A stretch of 64,000 nucleotides of DNA. It comes from an uncultured Acidimicrobiales bacterium. GTDB lineage: Bacteria; Actinomycetota; Acidimicrobiia; Acidimicrobiales; SHLQ01. The stretch covers positions 10,393 to 74,392 of the forward strand of contig CALKGG010000119.1 in assembly GCA_938084885.1 (NCBI GenBank). Reading direction: 5' to 3'. Shown piece after piece: positions 41,491-50,975 of the stretch. Under the pieces are notes generated by a model that was not told the origin of the DNA, made no database searches, and worked only from the letters and a program-made list of their open reading frames with translations. The position numbers and the translations under genes were made by a program. Every line of letters begins with the position of its first letter. The stretch's first letter is position 1.

Positions 41491-42108
41491 CTACGAAACA
41501 GCGATGCGACGACCATGCGGCGGAAATGGAAGTTCGAACTCGTGGTAGCGACTCGTAGATTCCTCCTCGGCGTCGTCGGAGGAGGATCGTGCCCGGCGCC
41601 GAGGACTGAGCTCATCGACAGGAGCTTGAGGAGCCGACGCCGAACCGCGTTGCACAGTGTCTCGGGACCCGCTTCGATCTTTGCCATTGGGTCCGGTGCC
41701 CGGGACGTCGTCGGTGGCCGGCCCGTTAAACGCCCGATCGAGCAACGACCCAGCGCTTGGGTTCTTTACGAGTGAATCCTCGTCGGCATCGATGTCGGCG
41801 GCGGCATCGATGTGTGCTGCTGGCACAAACCACGGGTTCTCGCGATCGTGTTCACGATTTGGCGTAACCTCGTCGACCGCAGCGTTGGACTGCACCGCAG
41901 TGTTGGACTGCGAAGGGTCGGGTTCTGGTGCGGCCACCGTGAGGGACCACCCAACGGGAACCGAAAAGCGGTCGGCGTGCACCTGGCACAACGCAATCCC
42001 CTGCTCGGACGCGCTCGTTGACCGTGCGACCTCGCGCGTCTCGCGGGAAAGATCGAACCAACTGACCGCTGGACTCGAACAAGTGGGTTTCGCACACGAG
42101 CGACTCAT
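41491..42108 (-). CDS. DUF3499-like protein
   Basis: The ATG at 42108 gives MSRSCAKPTCSSPAVSWFDLSRETREVARSTSASEQGIALCQVHADRFSVPVGWSL, the pattern I associate with actinobacterial DUF3499. The C-terminus is acidic and disordered. Confidence 0.6.
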   Translation of the reverse strand: MSRSCAKPTCSSPAVSWFDLSRETREVARSTSASEQGIALCQVHADRFSVPVGWSLTVAAPEPDPSQSNTAVQSNAAVDEVTPNREHDRENPWFVPAAHIDAAADIDADEDSLVKNPSAGSLLDRAFNGPATDDVPGTGPNGKDRSGSRDTVQRGSASAPQAPVDELSPRRRARSSSDDAEEESTSRYHEFELPFPPHGRRIAVS

Positions 42109-42212
42109 GAACCGAACCCTACCAATCGAAACCCACAAAGTACATCGGTGTGATTTGTCGTTTGCGCAAAGTTGTCGAATCGCGAAGAGGACGCCACTGA
42201 TACGCTCCGGAA

Positions 42213-42629
42213 ATGGCACACACCAACGCCCCGCGGAGGCGCAACCTCGACCCCGAAGAAATCACCACGTTCACCCACATTGCCGACGGTTTGTGTGCGC
42301 GCGTGCGGTTGATCCGGACCAACTTGCTCCCCCGAGCGGCCGACGGCATGACCATTGGACGTTTTGTGTTGCTCCGCGACGACCACATCGAAAATCGAGC
42401 CTCCACACTGCTCGCCCACGAACTCGTCCACGTCCGCCAGTTCGCCGAGATGGGCATGCCTCGATTTTTCGCTAGCTATTTCGGTTCCTATTTCAAGAAT
42501 CTTGCTCGTACACGAAACCATCGTCAGGCGTATCTCGACATCCCGTTAGAAATCGAAGCTCGACGCCTCGCCGGAACGTGGGCGAAGTCTCGTGCGGTTT
42601 CCTCTGAGCAGAGCTATCCAAAGGCCTAA
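42213..42629 (+). CDS. small HExxH metallopeptidase-like protein (DUF4157-like)
   Basis: It carries the LLAHELVHVRQFAEMG motif, which is DUF4157/eCIS-core-like (HELxHVxQ). Length is 138 aa. Confidence 0.5.
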   Translation: MAHTNAPRRRNLDPEEITTFTHIADGLCARVRLIRTNLLPRAADGMTIGRFVLLRDDHIENRASTLLAHELVHVRQFAEMGMPRFFASYFGSYFKNLARTRNHRQAYLDIPLEIEARRLAGTWAKSRAVSSEQSYPKA

Positions 42630-42698
42630 CCGCCAAAGCCCCCGAACCACCAAACCCCAACGCTCGATTGCCCCTCAACTCACGACGCCGGATGCCGA

Positions 42699-43916
42699 TT
42701 GAACGGTGTTATGGCTGACCCGACCTTCGACTGCTATTTGTGCGGCACGAGCAACGATGCCGATGCCGACTTTTGCACCAAGTGCAGCGGACGGCTCTTG
42801 AAGTTGCCCGACGTCGATGACGGAGCGTCGGACAATGTCGAAGCCGAAGTTATCGACGAAGCCGCCCTGATGGCGGACTTCGAAGACCAGCCAGAGGTAC
42901 CCGAAGAACATCCAGCGCCCAAAGGTCGCAAGAATCCCATAGCGCAACGTCGGGCTCGGTCCATCCACACCTCGCTGGAAGATCAGCGCCTATCTGATGC
43001 GCTCGGGATGACCGAGGACGTCGACGTTCTCGACACGCTCACTACCGACGTCACGAGCATCCCGCGGGCTCGAGCCGCCGAGAACATCCCCGTGCTCGGA
43101 ACACGAAACGCTTCCCCAAGCACCCCAATCCAGTTCGTCGACGACGACAGGGTGAGCCCCGTCACCTATCTCATCGTTGCGATACTTCTCCTCGCGACCG
43201 CCTGGTTTGGCTACAACACGCTGTTTCAGAACGATCGTGTCGGCGAGCCATCAAACATCGCCTTTTCCGACGCGACGACCACCACTGCTCCCGCAACGAC
43301 GACGACCGAGCCCGATACGGGCTACTCGGCAAGCCAAATCAACTTCATCTTCGAACGGACCCTCGTCCGGGTCGTGCCCTACGCATGCTCAGCATCGCCC
43401 GATGAACCAACAGGCGACATGCTGGTCGGTGTTGCGGTCAACGACCGTTCGGTGGTACTTCCCGGGGAAATTCCGGCAGGCACCAACGTCGTCCTCATCA
43501 TTAACCAGACAGGGACGACGCGGGTCGCCGTCGTGAGCCAAGAGAACGGGCTGACGGTGGCCACGTCCGATGTGCTCACCACGCGAAGCCTCGACATCAC
43601 CGCGACCACCAACAGCCCGGACTTCTTCGTTGGTTACGACCTCGAAACCGAAATGGTAACGACCGCCCAATCGCCGCAAGGACTCGACGCAGAAATTTCC
43701 GTTGGCGACGAAGGTGAACTTCACCAAGTCCGGCTCGGAAGTTCGGTCCATTCGGCCTCTGCCCTCGCAGATCTTCGAGTCATCGACGTCGACGGATCTC
43801 GGGGCACGGGCAACCCATGCGCTGCTGCGGCAGCGCTTTCTATCGTGCCGCCAGAGGTCACCGAGGCAGGCGAAAACGAAACCGGCGCCGGTCTCGAAGA
43901 GACCGACGCCGAATAA
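42699..43916 (+). CDS. zinc-ribbon / single-TM protein of unknown function
   Basis: The N-terminal CxxC-x11-CxxC is FDCYLCGTSNDADADFCTKCSG. An acidic linker leads to a TM (TYLIVAILLLATAWFGY) and an extracytoplasmic domain of about 220 aa. Confidence 0.5.
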   Translation: MNGVMADPTFDCYLCGTSNDADADFCTKCSGRLLKLPDVDDGASDNVEAEVIDEAALMADFEDQPEVPEEHPAPKGRKNPIAQRRARSIHTSLEDQRLSDALGMTEDVDVLDTLTTDVTSIPRARAAENIPVLGTRNASPSTPIQFVDDDRVSPVTYLIVAILLLATAWFGYNTLFQNDRVGEPSNIAFSDATTTTAPATTTTEPDTGYSASQINFIFERTLVRVVPYACSASPDEPTGDMLVGVAVNDRSVVLPGEIPAGTNVVLIINQTGTTRVAVVSQENGLTVATSDVLTTRSLDITATTNSPDFFVGYDLETEMVTTAQSPQGLDAEISVGDEGELHQVRLGSSVHSASALADLRVIDVDGSRGTGNPCAAAAALSIVPPEVTEAGENETGAGLEETDAE

Positions 43917-43920
43917 CGAT

Positions 43921-43935
43921 ATACCCCCGGGGTAT
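43921..43935. terminator. short GC hairpin between convergent genes
   Basis: atacccc c ggggtat is a perfect inverted repeat, followed by ttggg on the plus strand. It sits between the stops at 43916 and 43955. Confidence 0.3.
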
Positions 43936-43954
43936 TTGGGAGAGTGCGTTTCGG

Positions 43955-44509
43955 TTAGCTCTCGGTGATCGTCACCGAGTTGATCACGACATCTTCCAGA
44001 GGGCGATCGCCGCGGGCGGTCGGAACGTTCTGCATTGTCTCGAGCACGTCGAGGCCTTCGGTGATCTGACCGAAGAGCGAGTATGCGGGAGGAAGCCCAA
44101 CGCCGGACCCTCCACTGATCAAGAAGAACTGGCTGCCGTTGGTGTTCGGGCCGGCGTTTGCCATTGCGACAGAGCCGATCTGATAGGTGTTGGGCGCTGG
44201 AAGTTCGTCTTCGAACTTGTAGCCAGGACCACCGCGGCCACTGCCCTCAGGATCGCCACCTTGGCACATGAAGCCGTTGATGATGCGATGAAAGATGACT
44301 CCTTCGTAGTAGCGGTAGCGCGCAAGTACGACGAAATTGTTGACGGTCTTCGGCGCGGCTGCTGCGTCGAGCACGATCGTCATCGAACCCAACGAGGTGT
44401 CGAGCACGGCGGTGTAGGTCTTTGACGGATCGATGCACATTGGCGGTGCTTCGGAGAATTTTGTGACGCGCTCAGCGGCGCCTTCTGCTGGGGGGCAAGG
44501 AGTGCTCAT
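43955..44509 (-). CDS. cyclophilin-type peptidyl-prolyl cis-trans isomerase
   Basis: It has FHRIINGFMCQGGDPEGSGRGGPGYKFEDE and GSVAMANAGPNTNGSQFFL. The ATG at 44509 is preferred over the track start at 44677. Confidence 0.9.
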   Translation of the reverse strand: MSTPCPPAEGAAERVTKFSEAPPMCIDPSKTYTAVLDTSLGSMTIVLDAAAAPKTVNNFVVLARYRYYEGVIFHRIINGFMCQGGDPEGSGRGGPGYKFEDELPAPNTYQIGSVAMANAGPNTNGSQFFLISGGSGVGLPPAYSLFGQITEGLDVLETMQNVPTARGDRPLEDVVINSVTITES

Positions 44510-44708
44510 ATTCGGTCCTGTTCTTGAGGGGTCTGCTTCGATCCCGTCGTCATGCGAACGGTAGCCGAATTGGCGCATTGTCCGGTGCCATCCACCAACT
44601 AGGACTGGGGCGAGACCTAAGGTCACCGTCATGGCAGGCAAGCTCCCCCTCATACGAAGCCTCGCTGGACTCCCCACTCGTGAACCACTCGCTCAGGTCC
44701 CAGCGGTA

Positions 44709-44819
44709 ATGACGTGTTCGGACTGCGACGTGACATGGCGCGATCTTCCGGGCGCCCCGTGCTGGTTCTGCGGCGAATCTGGCGAGGTCGCTAACCCGAA
44801 GCGCCTCGTTCTCGACTAG
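44709..44819 (+). CDS. possible 36-aa zinc-ribbon peptide (doubtful)
   Basis: MTCSDCDVTWRDLPGAPCWFCGESGEVANPKRLVLD has a CxxC-x12-CxxC pattern. It sits in an otherwise empty intergenic region. There is no other support. Confidence 0.2.
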   Translation: MTCSDCDVTWRDLPGAPCWFCGESGEVANPKRLVLD

Positions 44820-44875
44820 CTGGGCGACGGTCTCGGCCCGGTCGGGCGCAACCTCGAGGACCCCGGTACTTGGTG

Positions 44876-45757
44876 CTACCGGCGGAACAATCCACGCCGC
44901 TTCGGCAATGCGAGTTGCTCGTCGGGGATAGCGCGCAATGCGTCAGCGAGTTCTTGAGCAGACTGGTATCGATCCTCTGGACGTTTCTTAATCGCACGCA
45001 GGATCACCTGTTCGAGCGGTTCGGCGAGCGACTTCTCTATCGAGCGTGGAGGCGGCGGTTCGTTCTCCGCGTGCATGCGCAGCAAGTCCATGCGTTCGCC
45101 ATAAAAGGGCAACTTGCCGGTAGCCATCCGAAACAACGTGACACCGAGCGCGTACACATCGGCGCGTCCGTCGACCTTCCCTTCGGCGGCGACCTGTTCG
45201 GGTGATGCCGTCATGGGAGTGGCATAAAGGCGTCCAGGTTCAGCGTCTGGATTCTCGTCGTCTTGGGCAAGTCCAAAGTCGAACAGGACCGGAACATCGT
45301 GACCTCGCATCAACACGTTCGACGGCTTAACGTCGCGATGCACAACACCCTGGTCGTGACATGCAGCGAGGGCGTCAGCGATCCCGATCGCAATGGTGAC
45401 CGCGGAGTGAGCACTGAGGGGTTTGCCCGCCGTCATGATCTGATCGAGCGTTGGACCATCGATCCATTCCAGTTCGATGAACAGCACGTCGGCGATCGTT
45501 CCCATCTTTTCGACGGCGATGACATTGGGATGGCGAATCTTGTTCAACGCATTGAACTCGCGCGGAACCGCGGCACGAAAATCGGCATTGCCCATCGCAA
45601 AGGTCGACAGCACCTTTACCGCAACGTCGACCCCGTCGGACCGTCGGCCGACAAAGACAGTGGCAGAGGCGCCTTTTCCGAGGACGTCGCGAATTTGGTA
45701 GGGGCCGAACGGACGACCGACAGCTATCGCGACCAACGTCTTACCCTTCTGGCGCAC
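44876..45757 (-). CDS. Ser/Thr protein kinase, catalytic domain only
   Basis: It has a Gly-loop region (LGKGASATVF), VAVKVL (Lys), HRDVKPSNVLM, DFGLA and SPEQ. There is no TM or sensor domain after the kinase domain (293 aa). Confidence 0.85.
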   Translation of the reverse strand: MRQKGKTLVAIAVGRPFGPYQIRDVLGKGASATVFVGRRSDGVDVAVKVLSTFAMGNADFRAAVPREFNALNKIRHPNVIAVEKMGTIADVLFIELEWIDGPTLDQIMTAGKPLSAHSAVTIAIGIADALAACHDQGVVHRDVKPSNVLMRGHDVPVLFDFGLAQDDENPDAEPGRLYATPMTASPEQVAAEGKVDGRADVYALGVTLFRMATGKLPFYGERMDLLRMHAENEPPPPRSIEKSLAEPLEQVILRAIKKRPEDRYQSAQELADALRAIPDEQLALPKRRGLFRR

Positions 45758-45796
45758 CCGCCCTTGCTAAACACACAGCCTAGGAGAGTCCGAGCT

Positions 45797-47152
45797 TCAG
45801 ATCGACAGCAGGACGTCAGCCACGACCTCTGCAATGGCGCGTTGCCCATCGGTATTGGGATGTGCGCAGTCGAGCGCCGATATCAACGGAGCGTCGACGC
45901 CACCGTCGTCAGCGCACAGCGCAGTGGCACCACCGGTGAAGGTGTCGACGAGACCCTGAAACGGACCCAACCCGTCGCGCAGCGCATCGACGCCGAGCCC
46001 ATTTGGCGCTTCAAAGACGTCGGCAACTCCGTCGAGCCGAGCAACCGACACCCTCCCCTCGCGTTGGCCGGCGGCCACCTCCAACAGCATGGTGTTCAGC
46101 TCGTCGACGATGCGGTTGCTCGCAGCCACCATGCAATCCCCACGGCAACCCTCGACGCCGATCGGGGTGCTCGCAACGGGGTTGAACGCCGTGGTGATGA
46201 CCACGTGCGCACTCGTCGTCGCCATCAACACATCGAACGTATTGCCGAGGTTGGCTCGGACTGTCGAAATCCGTCGATCGAGTTCGACAGCATCAACAGC
46301 GGCAACAGGATTTCCACCGGCATCGGGAAGAAGGAACTCCTCGAGGTCGAAGAGACCAACATCTGACGCACCGATGGTGAGCGTCACGACCGTCGGGTTG
46401 AGCAAGGTCGCACGCTCGAGCTGAGACATCGAATCGCCAATGACATTGCCTTGTCGGTCCGTCGCCGAGGTGGCGAGCGTCGCGAGGTCGCTCGACCCGG
46501 CGGCGGAGCACGCCACGATGAGCAGCTCGGATTGTGACCCCAGCGAACCGGCTTCGATCAGTTGGTCGAACGCCAACGTGCTGTACGCGTCGGCCTCGCT
46601 GCGAAAGCAGTCATCGGCGCCAACGAAGTCGCTTCGATCCCGGCCAAAGCCAGCAGCGATGGAATCTCCCATTGCGAGCAACATGTCGACGCTCGGTTCG
46701 TGGTGGGCAATCAGTTCCACCGTTGCGTTTCCGACAAGCCCACCGGAGTCGGTTGCGGTCATTTCGACCTGCCATTCGCCAGCCTCTGTGGGTTCCCATT
46801 CGAACCCGATGATCGTGCCGCGCACGTTGGTCACTGGCCGGAATCCGGGCACGTCATCGCCGAAGGCGCGAATCACGACATCGTCGCCGTTGGGGTCGGT
46901 GACAACAACCGCTTCTGAAACCTGACGCCCAACGACGGCAAAGGCCATCTCGGGCATCCGAACGTTGGGCGGTTGTGGCGGAATCGTCGAGGTGGTCGTA
47001 GTCGAGGTCGTGGCTTCGGTCGCGATCGCTCCGCTCGACGACAGTTCGTCATTGGACACAGATTGGTCGCTCGAACTCGACGACGAACATGCAGTCAGTA
47101 CGCCAGCAAATGCGAACATGGCCAGCCAGAAACGTGGTCGAATACGCATCAC
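45797..47152 (-). CDS. lipoprotein: Ig-like domain plus SGNH/GDSL hydrolase
   Basis: The lipobox is FAGVLTACSS. The GDSL block is LAMGDSIAAGFG, with a later GASD block (LTIGASDVG) and a C-terminal HP motif (DCAHPNTDG). Confidence 0.7.
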   Translation of the reverse strand: MMRIRPRFWLAMFAFAGVLTACSSSSSSDQSVSNDELSSSGAIATEATTSTTTTSTIPPQPPNVRMPEMAFAVVGRQVSEAVVVTDPNGDDVVIRAFGDDVPGFRPVTNVRGTIIGFEWEPTEAGEWQVEMTATDSGGLVGNATVELIAHHEPSVDMLLAMGDSIAAGFGRDRSDFVGADDCFRSEADAYSTLAFDQLIEAGSLGSQSELLIVACSAAGSSDLATLATSATDRQGNVIGDSMSQLERATLLNPTVVTLTIGASDVGLFDLEEFLLPDAGGNPVAAVDAVELDRRISTVRANLGNTFDVLMATTSAHVVITTAFNPVASTPIGVEGCRGDCMVAASNRIVDELNTMLLEVAAGQREGRVSVARLDGVADVFEAPNGLGVDALRDGLGPFQGLVDTFTGGATALCADDGGVDAPLISALDCAHPNTDGQRAIAEVVADVLLSI

Positions 47153-47262
47153 CCGCCCATGCTTACAGCAGGAGCGGCCCGAACGTAGGCGGGCGGGAGA
47201 AACTTGGACAAGAAGCGACTCCGCGACGCCGTGCAGATGCGTTGCGAACCCGCTGGCGTATC

Positions 47263-50200
47263 GTGAAGCTTGTGCTGTTTCGGCTGGTGCTCAAGAACTT
47301 GGTACAACGGCCGCTTCGCTACGTACTGACCTGCATCGCGATCACCTTCGCCGTCGCCCTCGTCGTTGCGGTCCTGATCTTTACCGGCGGGCTCCGCACC
47401 ACATTTGGTGAGCTCGCCGAGAACATCGAATCGGGATACGACATTGCGGTACAGCCGCGAATCGAGTTCGGCGATGGACTAATTGCTCCGACCATCTCGA
47501 CGAACCACGTCGAACGCATCACGCCAATCGACGGCGTCCTCGCCGTGCAGCCTCGTGTGATCAACGTCGGGGTCATAGCCGTCGATGGCCAGGGTGTTCC
47601 GACCTTTGCCCCGGCCGGACCAAATCTCGGCAGCTTGTGGGATGGCGACGCACCGAATACGAGATTGTTCCGCCAATCCGGGCGCCCTCCGGTGGGCCCT
47701 GATGAGTTTGCGCTCGATATTGATGCGTTCGCCGACGGCGATTACGAGCTCGGCGAACGTTATGTGTTGCAGCTTCCTACAGAGACCGAGCCCGGCCGTA
47801 CCTTCGAACTCACCGGCACCTTTACCTTTGCGAACCCCGAGCGAAATGCACTCGTCGGGGCGCGCATTGTTGCATTCGACGAGGACACCGCGGTCGAGCT
47901 TCTCAACGATGGGCAAGGCTTCACCGACATCACGGTCATCATCGAGCAAGACGCTGATCAGCTCGCGGTCATGGCCAATATTGCCAATGTCGTCGACGAG
48001 AACATCATCGTCCGGTCCCAAGAAGAGGTGCTCGCCGAGACGCAGGGGCAATTCAGCGAGTTTCTCGACATCTTCCAAACCGTGCTGCTGGCCTTCGCGG
48101 CGATCATCAGCGGCGTCAGCTGGTTTCTCATCTACAACGTGTTTTCGATCACGCTCGGGCAACGAATCCGAGAGTTGGGCCTGCTCCGGGCCGTTGGCGC
48201 GCTCGGAAGCCAAGTCACCAAGCTGATGTTTGGCGAGGCGCTTGCGCTCGGTATTTTCTCGACGATTGTTGGGATTCCGGTCGGGCTTGGTCTGGCGTGG
48301 CTTCTCCGGGCGGCACTCATCGCTCTCGGATTTCCCGACAGCACTGGGCTGCCGCTCAGCGGCTTTGCGATCACGGCGGCGATCTTCACCGGCATCTTTG
48401 TCACGATGAGCGCGTCGTTGTGGCCAGCAATTCAAGCTCGCCGCGTCTCTCCGCTCGCCGCAATGCGTGATGGCGCAACCCAAACCGAGCTGGAGTCGGT
48501 CAACAACCGGGTTCTCGGGGCCGTACTGCTCGTAGTGGCGCTGGTCCCTCTTCGGTTCGTGTTTCAGTTCGGTTGGCGCTCAACGATTGGAGTGCCGCTC
48601 GTTGCCGCGGCGCTCGTCTACTTCGCTGTCCGGTTGGCGTGGCGTCCGGCCGCCCGATTCGTCATGCTCCCCATTGGCATCATCACGTTGCTGGTGAGTC
48701 TCTTTGGGAGCTTCGAGCTCGGAGAGACCTTTGGGTTGATCGGTGCGGGCTCGATCCTCGTTCTCGTCGGCTCGATCCTCATTATGCCGATATTCGCTGG
48801 ACACGTCACCACGCTCGTCGGGAAATGGCCGACGATGGTCGTGGTCGGGCTTGCCGGTGTTGCGTTCGGGTTGGGTGGCGTTGTGTCTCTCGGAGCGGCT
48901 GGATTCATTTTGGTCTCCGGTGTTCCCAATACGGTGATCGACGCCACAGGAACGGCGATCTCGCCGATAGCGCTCGTCTTGCCGCTCGTATTCATTGCCG
49001 TGATGTTGGTGATCACGAGCTATGGCACGATACGAACAGCACTCGGGGCCAGGGGGTTGGCTGGTCGAGTGGCCCGGTCGAATGCCTCGCGCAATCCGCA
49101 GCGGACAGCAACCACCGCGGCGGCCTTGATGATTGGTCTGGCGCTCGTGACCGCCGTGACCGTGGTCGGCGATTCGATCAAGTCTTCTGTCAGCGACGCG
49201 CTCGATTCTTCGATCACGGCGGATTGGCTGATTCGAGGCCCGCAGAACGGACCGGGCGGTACGCCATTTTCGGCGGCGGCCGCTGAGCGTGTTGCCGCCC
49301 TTGACGAAGTCGAGTCGGTCGTGCCGTTTCGCGTTGCCTTCCCGGCGGCGTGGGTGACGAGTGAGTCGGGCGAACTGCGCGCTGAAGACTTCATCGAGTT
49401 TCTTCCAATCGTGCTTCAACTGATCGATGACGACGCCGACCTCGACCCGCAAGAGCTTCTGGCGCTACGGGATGAGCTCGGCACCGATGTCGAGGTGAAC
49501 GATGCGGCAGCGGTTGACTTTGCGAACCTGGACCGCCACGTCGACCCCGACTTCATCGAGCGCGATCTGGACCTTGCAACGCGTGACAACGCCGTCTACC
49601 TCGTCGATCAAGTCGCTGAGGAGAAGGGACTTTCGGTCGGCGACACGTTCTCGGCGCTGTTCGTTGATCTCCAAAGCGAAGACCTTGTCGTTGCCGGGAT
49701 TTATGAGAACGGTTTCGTTCTCGGAAATCGCGTCATCACCCTCGACTTGTGGGAGCGTCACTTCCCGACTGGTAGCGACAACTTCCTCACGGTGGTGACC
49801 GCATCTGGGGTTCCCGAAGAAGTAGCTCGTGCGGCGATCGAAGCCGAACTGTTGACGGACTTTCCAATCCTTGAGGTCAGTAACCGTGAGGAGTTTGCCG
49901 CGGCGACCGAGCTGCAACTCAATCAGACGCTGGCGACGGTAAACGTGCTCCTCGGGCTCTCCGGATTCACGGCGATTCTGGGCATCCTTATTGCCCTGGC
50001 ACTTTCGGTGTTTGAACGAACTCGCGAGATTGGCCTTTTTCGGGCGATTGGTACGACCCGATCACAAACGCGCTGGATTATTCGTTGGGAGGGTGTGATT
50101 ATCGCGATCTTCGGTGGGGTCTTTGGTCTTGCGGCCGGTGTTGGGCTCGGGGTTTTGATTACCGCGAAGCTTCCTGAAATCTTGGTGACGACGATTTCGG

Positions 50201-50322
50201 TTCCGATCCCGACGTTGGTTGCGTACCTGGTTTTTGCTGCGCTGACGGGCCTCGCCGCCGCCGTCTATCCGGCCTGGCTCGCCGGACGCATGAATGTTCT
50301 TGACGCAATCAGCACCGAATAG
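47263..50322 (+). CDS. large MacB-type ABC permease with two FtsX domains and no adjacent ATPase
   Basis: The GTG at 47263 gives VKLVLFRLVLKNLVQRPLRYVLT. The FtsX motifs are TLGQRIRELGLLRAVGALGSQV and VFERTREIGLFRAIGTTRSQT, each with TM clusters. The track start at 47089 overlaps the divergent lipoprotein gene. Confidence 0.8.
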   Translation: MKLVLFRLVLKNLVQRPLRYVLTCIAITFAVALVVAVLIFTGGLRTTFGELAENIESGYDIAVQPRIEFGDGLIAPTISTNHVERITPIDGVLAVQPRVINVGVIAVDGQGVPTFAPAGPNLGSLWDGDAPNTRLFRQSGRPPVGPDEFALDIDAFADGDYELGERYVLQLPTETEPGRTFELTGTFTFANPERNALVGARIVAFDEDTAVELLNDGQGFTDITVIIEQDADQLAVMANIANVVDENIIVRSQEEVLAETQGQFSEFLDIFQTVLLAFAAIISGVSWFLIYNVFSITLGQRIRELGLLRAVGALGSQVTKLMFGEALALGIFSTIVGIPVGLGLAWLLRAALIALGFPDSTGLPLSGFAITAAIFTGIFVTMSASLWPAIQARRVSPLAAMRDGATQTELESVNNRVLGAVLLVVALVPLRFVFQFGWRSTIGVPLVAAALVYFAVRLAWRPAARFVMLPIGIITLLVSLFGSFELGETFGLIGAGSILVLVGSILIMPIFAGHVTTLVGKWPTMVVVGLAGVAFGLGGVVSLGAAGFILVSGVPNTVIDATGTAISPIALVLPLVFIAVMLVITSYGTIRTALGARGLAGRVARSNASRNPQRTATTAAALMIGLALVTAVTVVGDSIKSSVSDALDSSITADWLIRGPQNGPGGTPFSAAAAERVAALDEVESVVPFRVAFPAAWVTSESGELRAEDFIEFLPIVLQLIDDDADLDPQELLALRDELGTDVEVNDAAAVDFANLDRHVDPDFIERDLDLATRDNAVYLVDQVAEEKGLSVGDTFSALFVDLQSEDLVVAGIYENGFVLGNRVITLDLWERHFPTGSDNFLTVVTASGVPEEVARAAIEAELLTDFPILEVSNREEFAAATELQLNQTLATVNVLLGLSGFTAILGILIALALSVFERTREIGLFRAIGTTRSQTRWIIRWEGVIIAIFGGVFGLAAGVGLGVLITAKLPEILVTTISVPIPTLVAYLVFAALTGLAAAVYPAWLAGRMNVLDAISTE

Positions 50323-50374
50323 GCGAGCCGGGGCCCGAGCGGCCCGCACGAAGTGCCAGAGCGGGAGCCGGGCG

Positions 50375-50933
50375 CTAGCTGGAGGCGGGTTGGCACCGGG
50401 GGCACCATGTGGTGATGCGGGCGAATTGGCCTTGGTCCTTTTTGAGGATCGGTGTTGCGCACCGGCGACAGGGTTTGCCGCGTCGCCCATATACCGCCAA
50501 ACCTCCGGGGACGGTGGTGCGTGACGTGGTCGTCAAGTTCGCGATCAGCAGTCGTGATGCACGCCGATAGAGCTGTGCCAGGCGTTCATCTGCAACGGTG
50601 TCGATCGTGTCGAAGGGGTTGGTCTGTAGCGACCAAAGCACCTCGCTCTTGTAGACGTTGCCGATTCCCGATGCGACCCGCTGATCGAGCAGCACATCGG
50701 CGATCATCTCGTTGCCCGACACGAGCGTTCGTGCTCGGCGGACAACCTCGTCGATGTCGACGTTCGAGAGGCAAAGGTCGGTGCTTGCCGGTTGCGGTCA
50801 CGGCCGTGATGTGTTCGCCGGGGCGAGGGCGGTCACGAGCGAGACGCGGTGCGCTGAACCTCAGCAGTTCGGCGTCGACGAGGGCCGGCCTGAGCCGGTT
50901 CGCTGTTCGGTGAATCGTGTCGCCTTCAGGCAT
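50375..50933 (-). pseudogene. nei: nei/fpg-family DNA glycosylase remnant (internal deletion plus frameshift)
   Basis: The N-terminal 51 codons (MPEGDTIHRTANRLRPAL...TATGKH) are in one frame, from 50933 to 50781. From about 50779 the H2TH and zinc-finger part continues in a different frame (DLCLSNVDIDEVVRRARTLVSGNEMIADVLLDQRVASGIGNVYKSEVL...CRRCATPI...WCPRC). Together they total about 186 codons, which is too short for the family. Confidence 0.75.
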
Positions 50934-50975
50934 GGGGAAAGTCTGTCAGTGCGTGACGGTGAAGGACGGTCCGAA

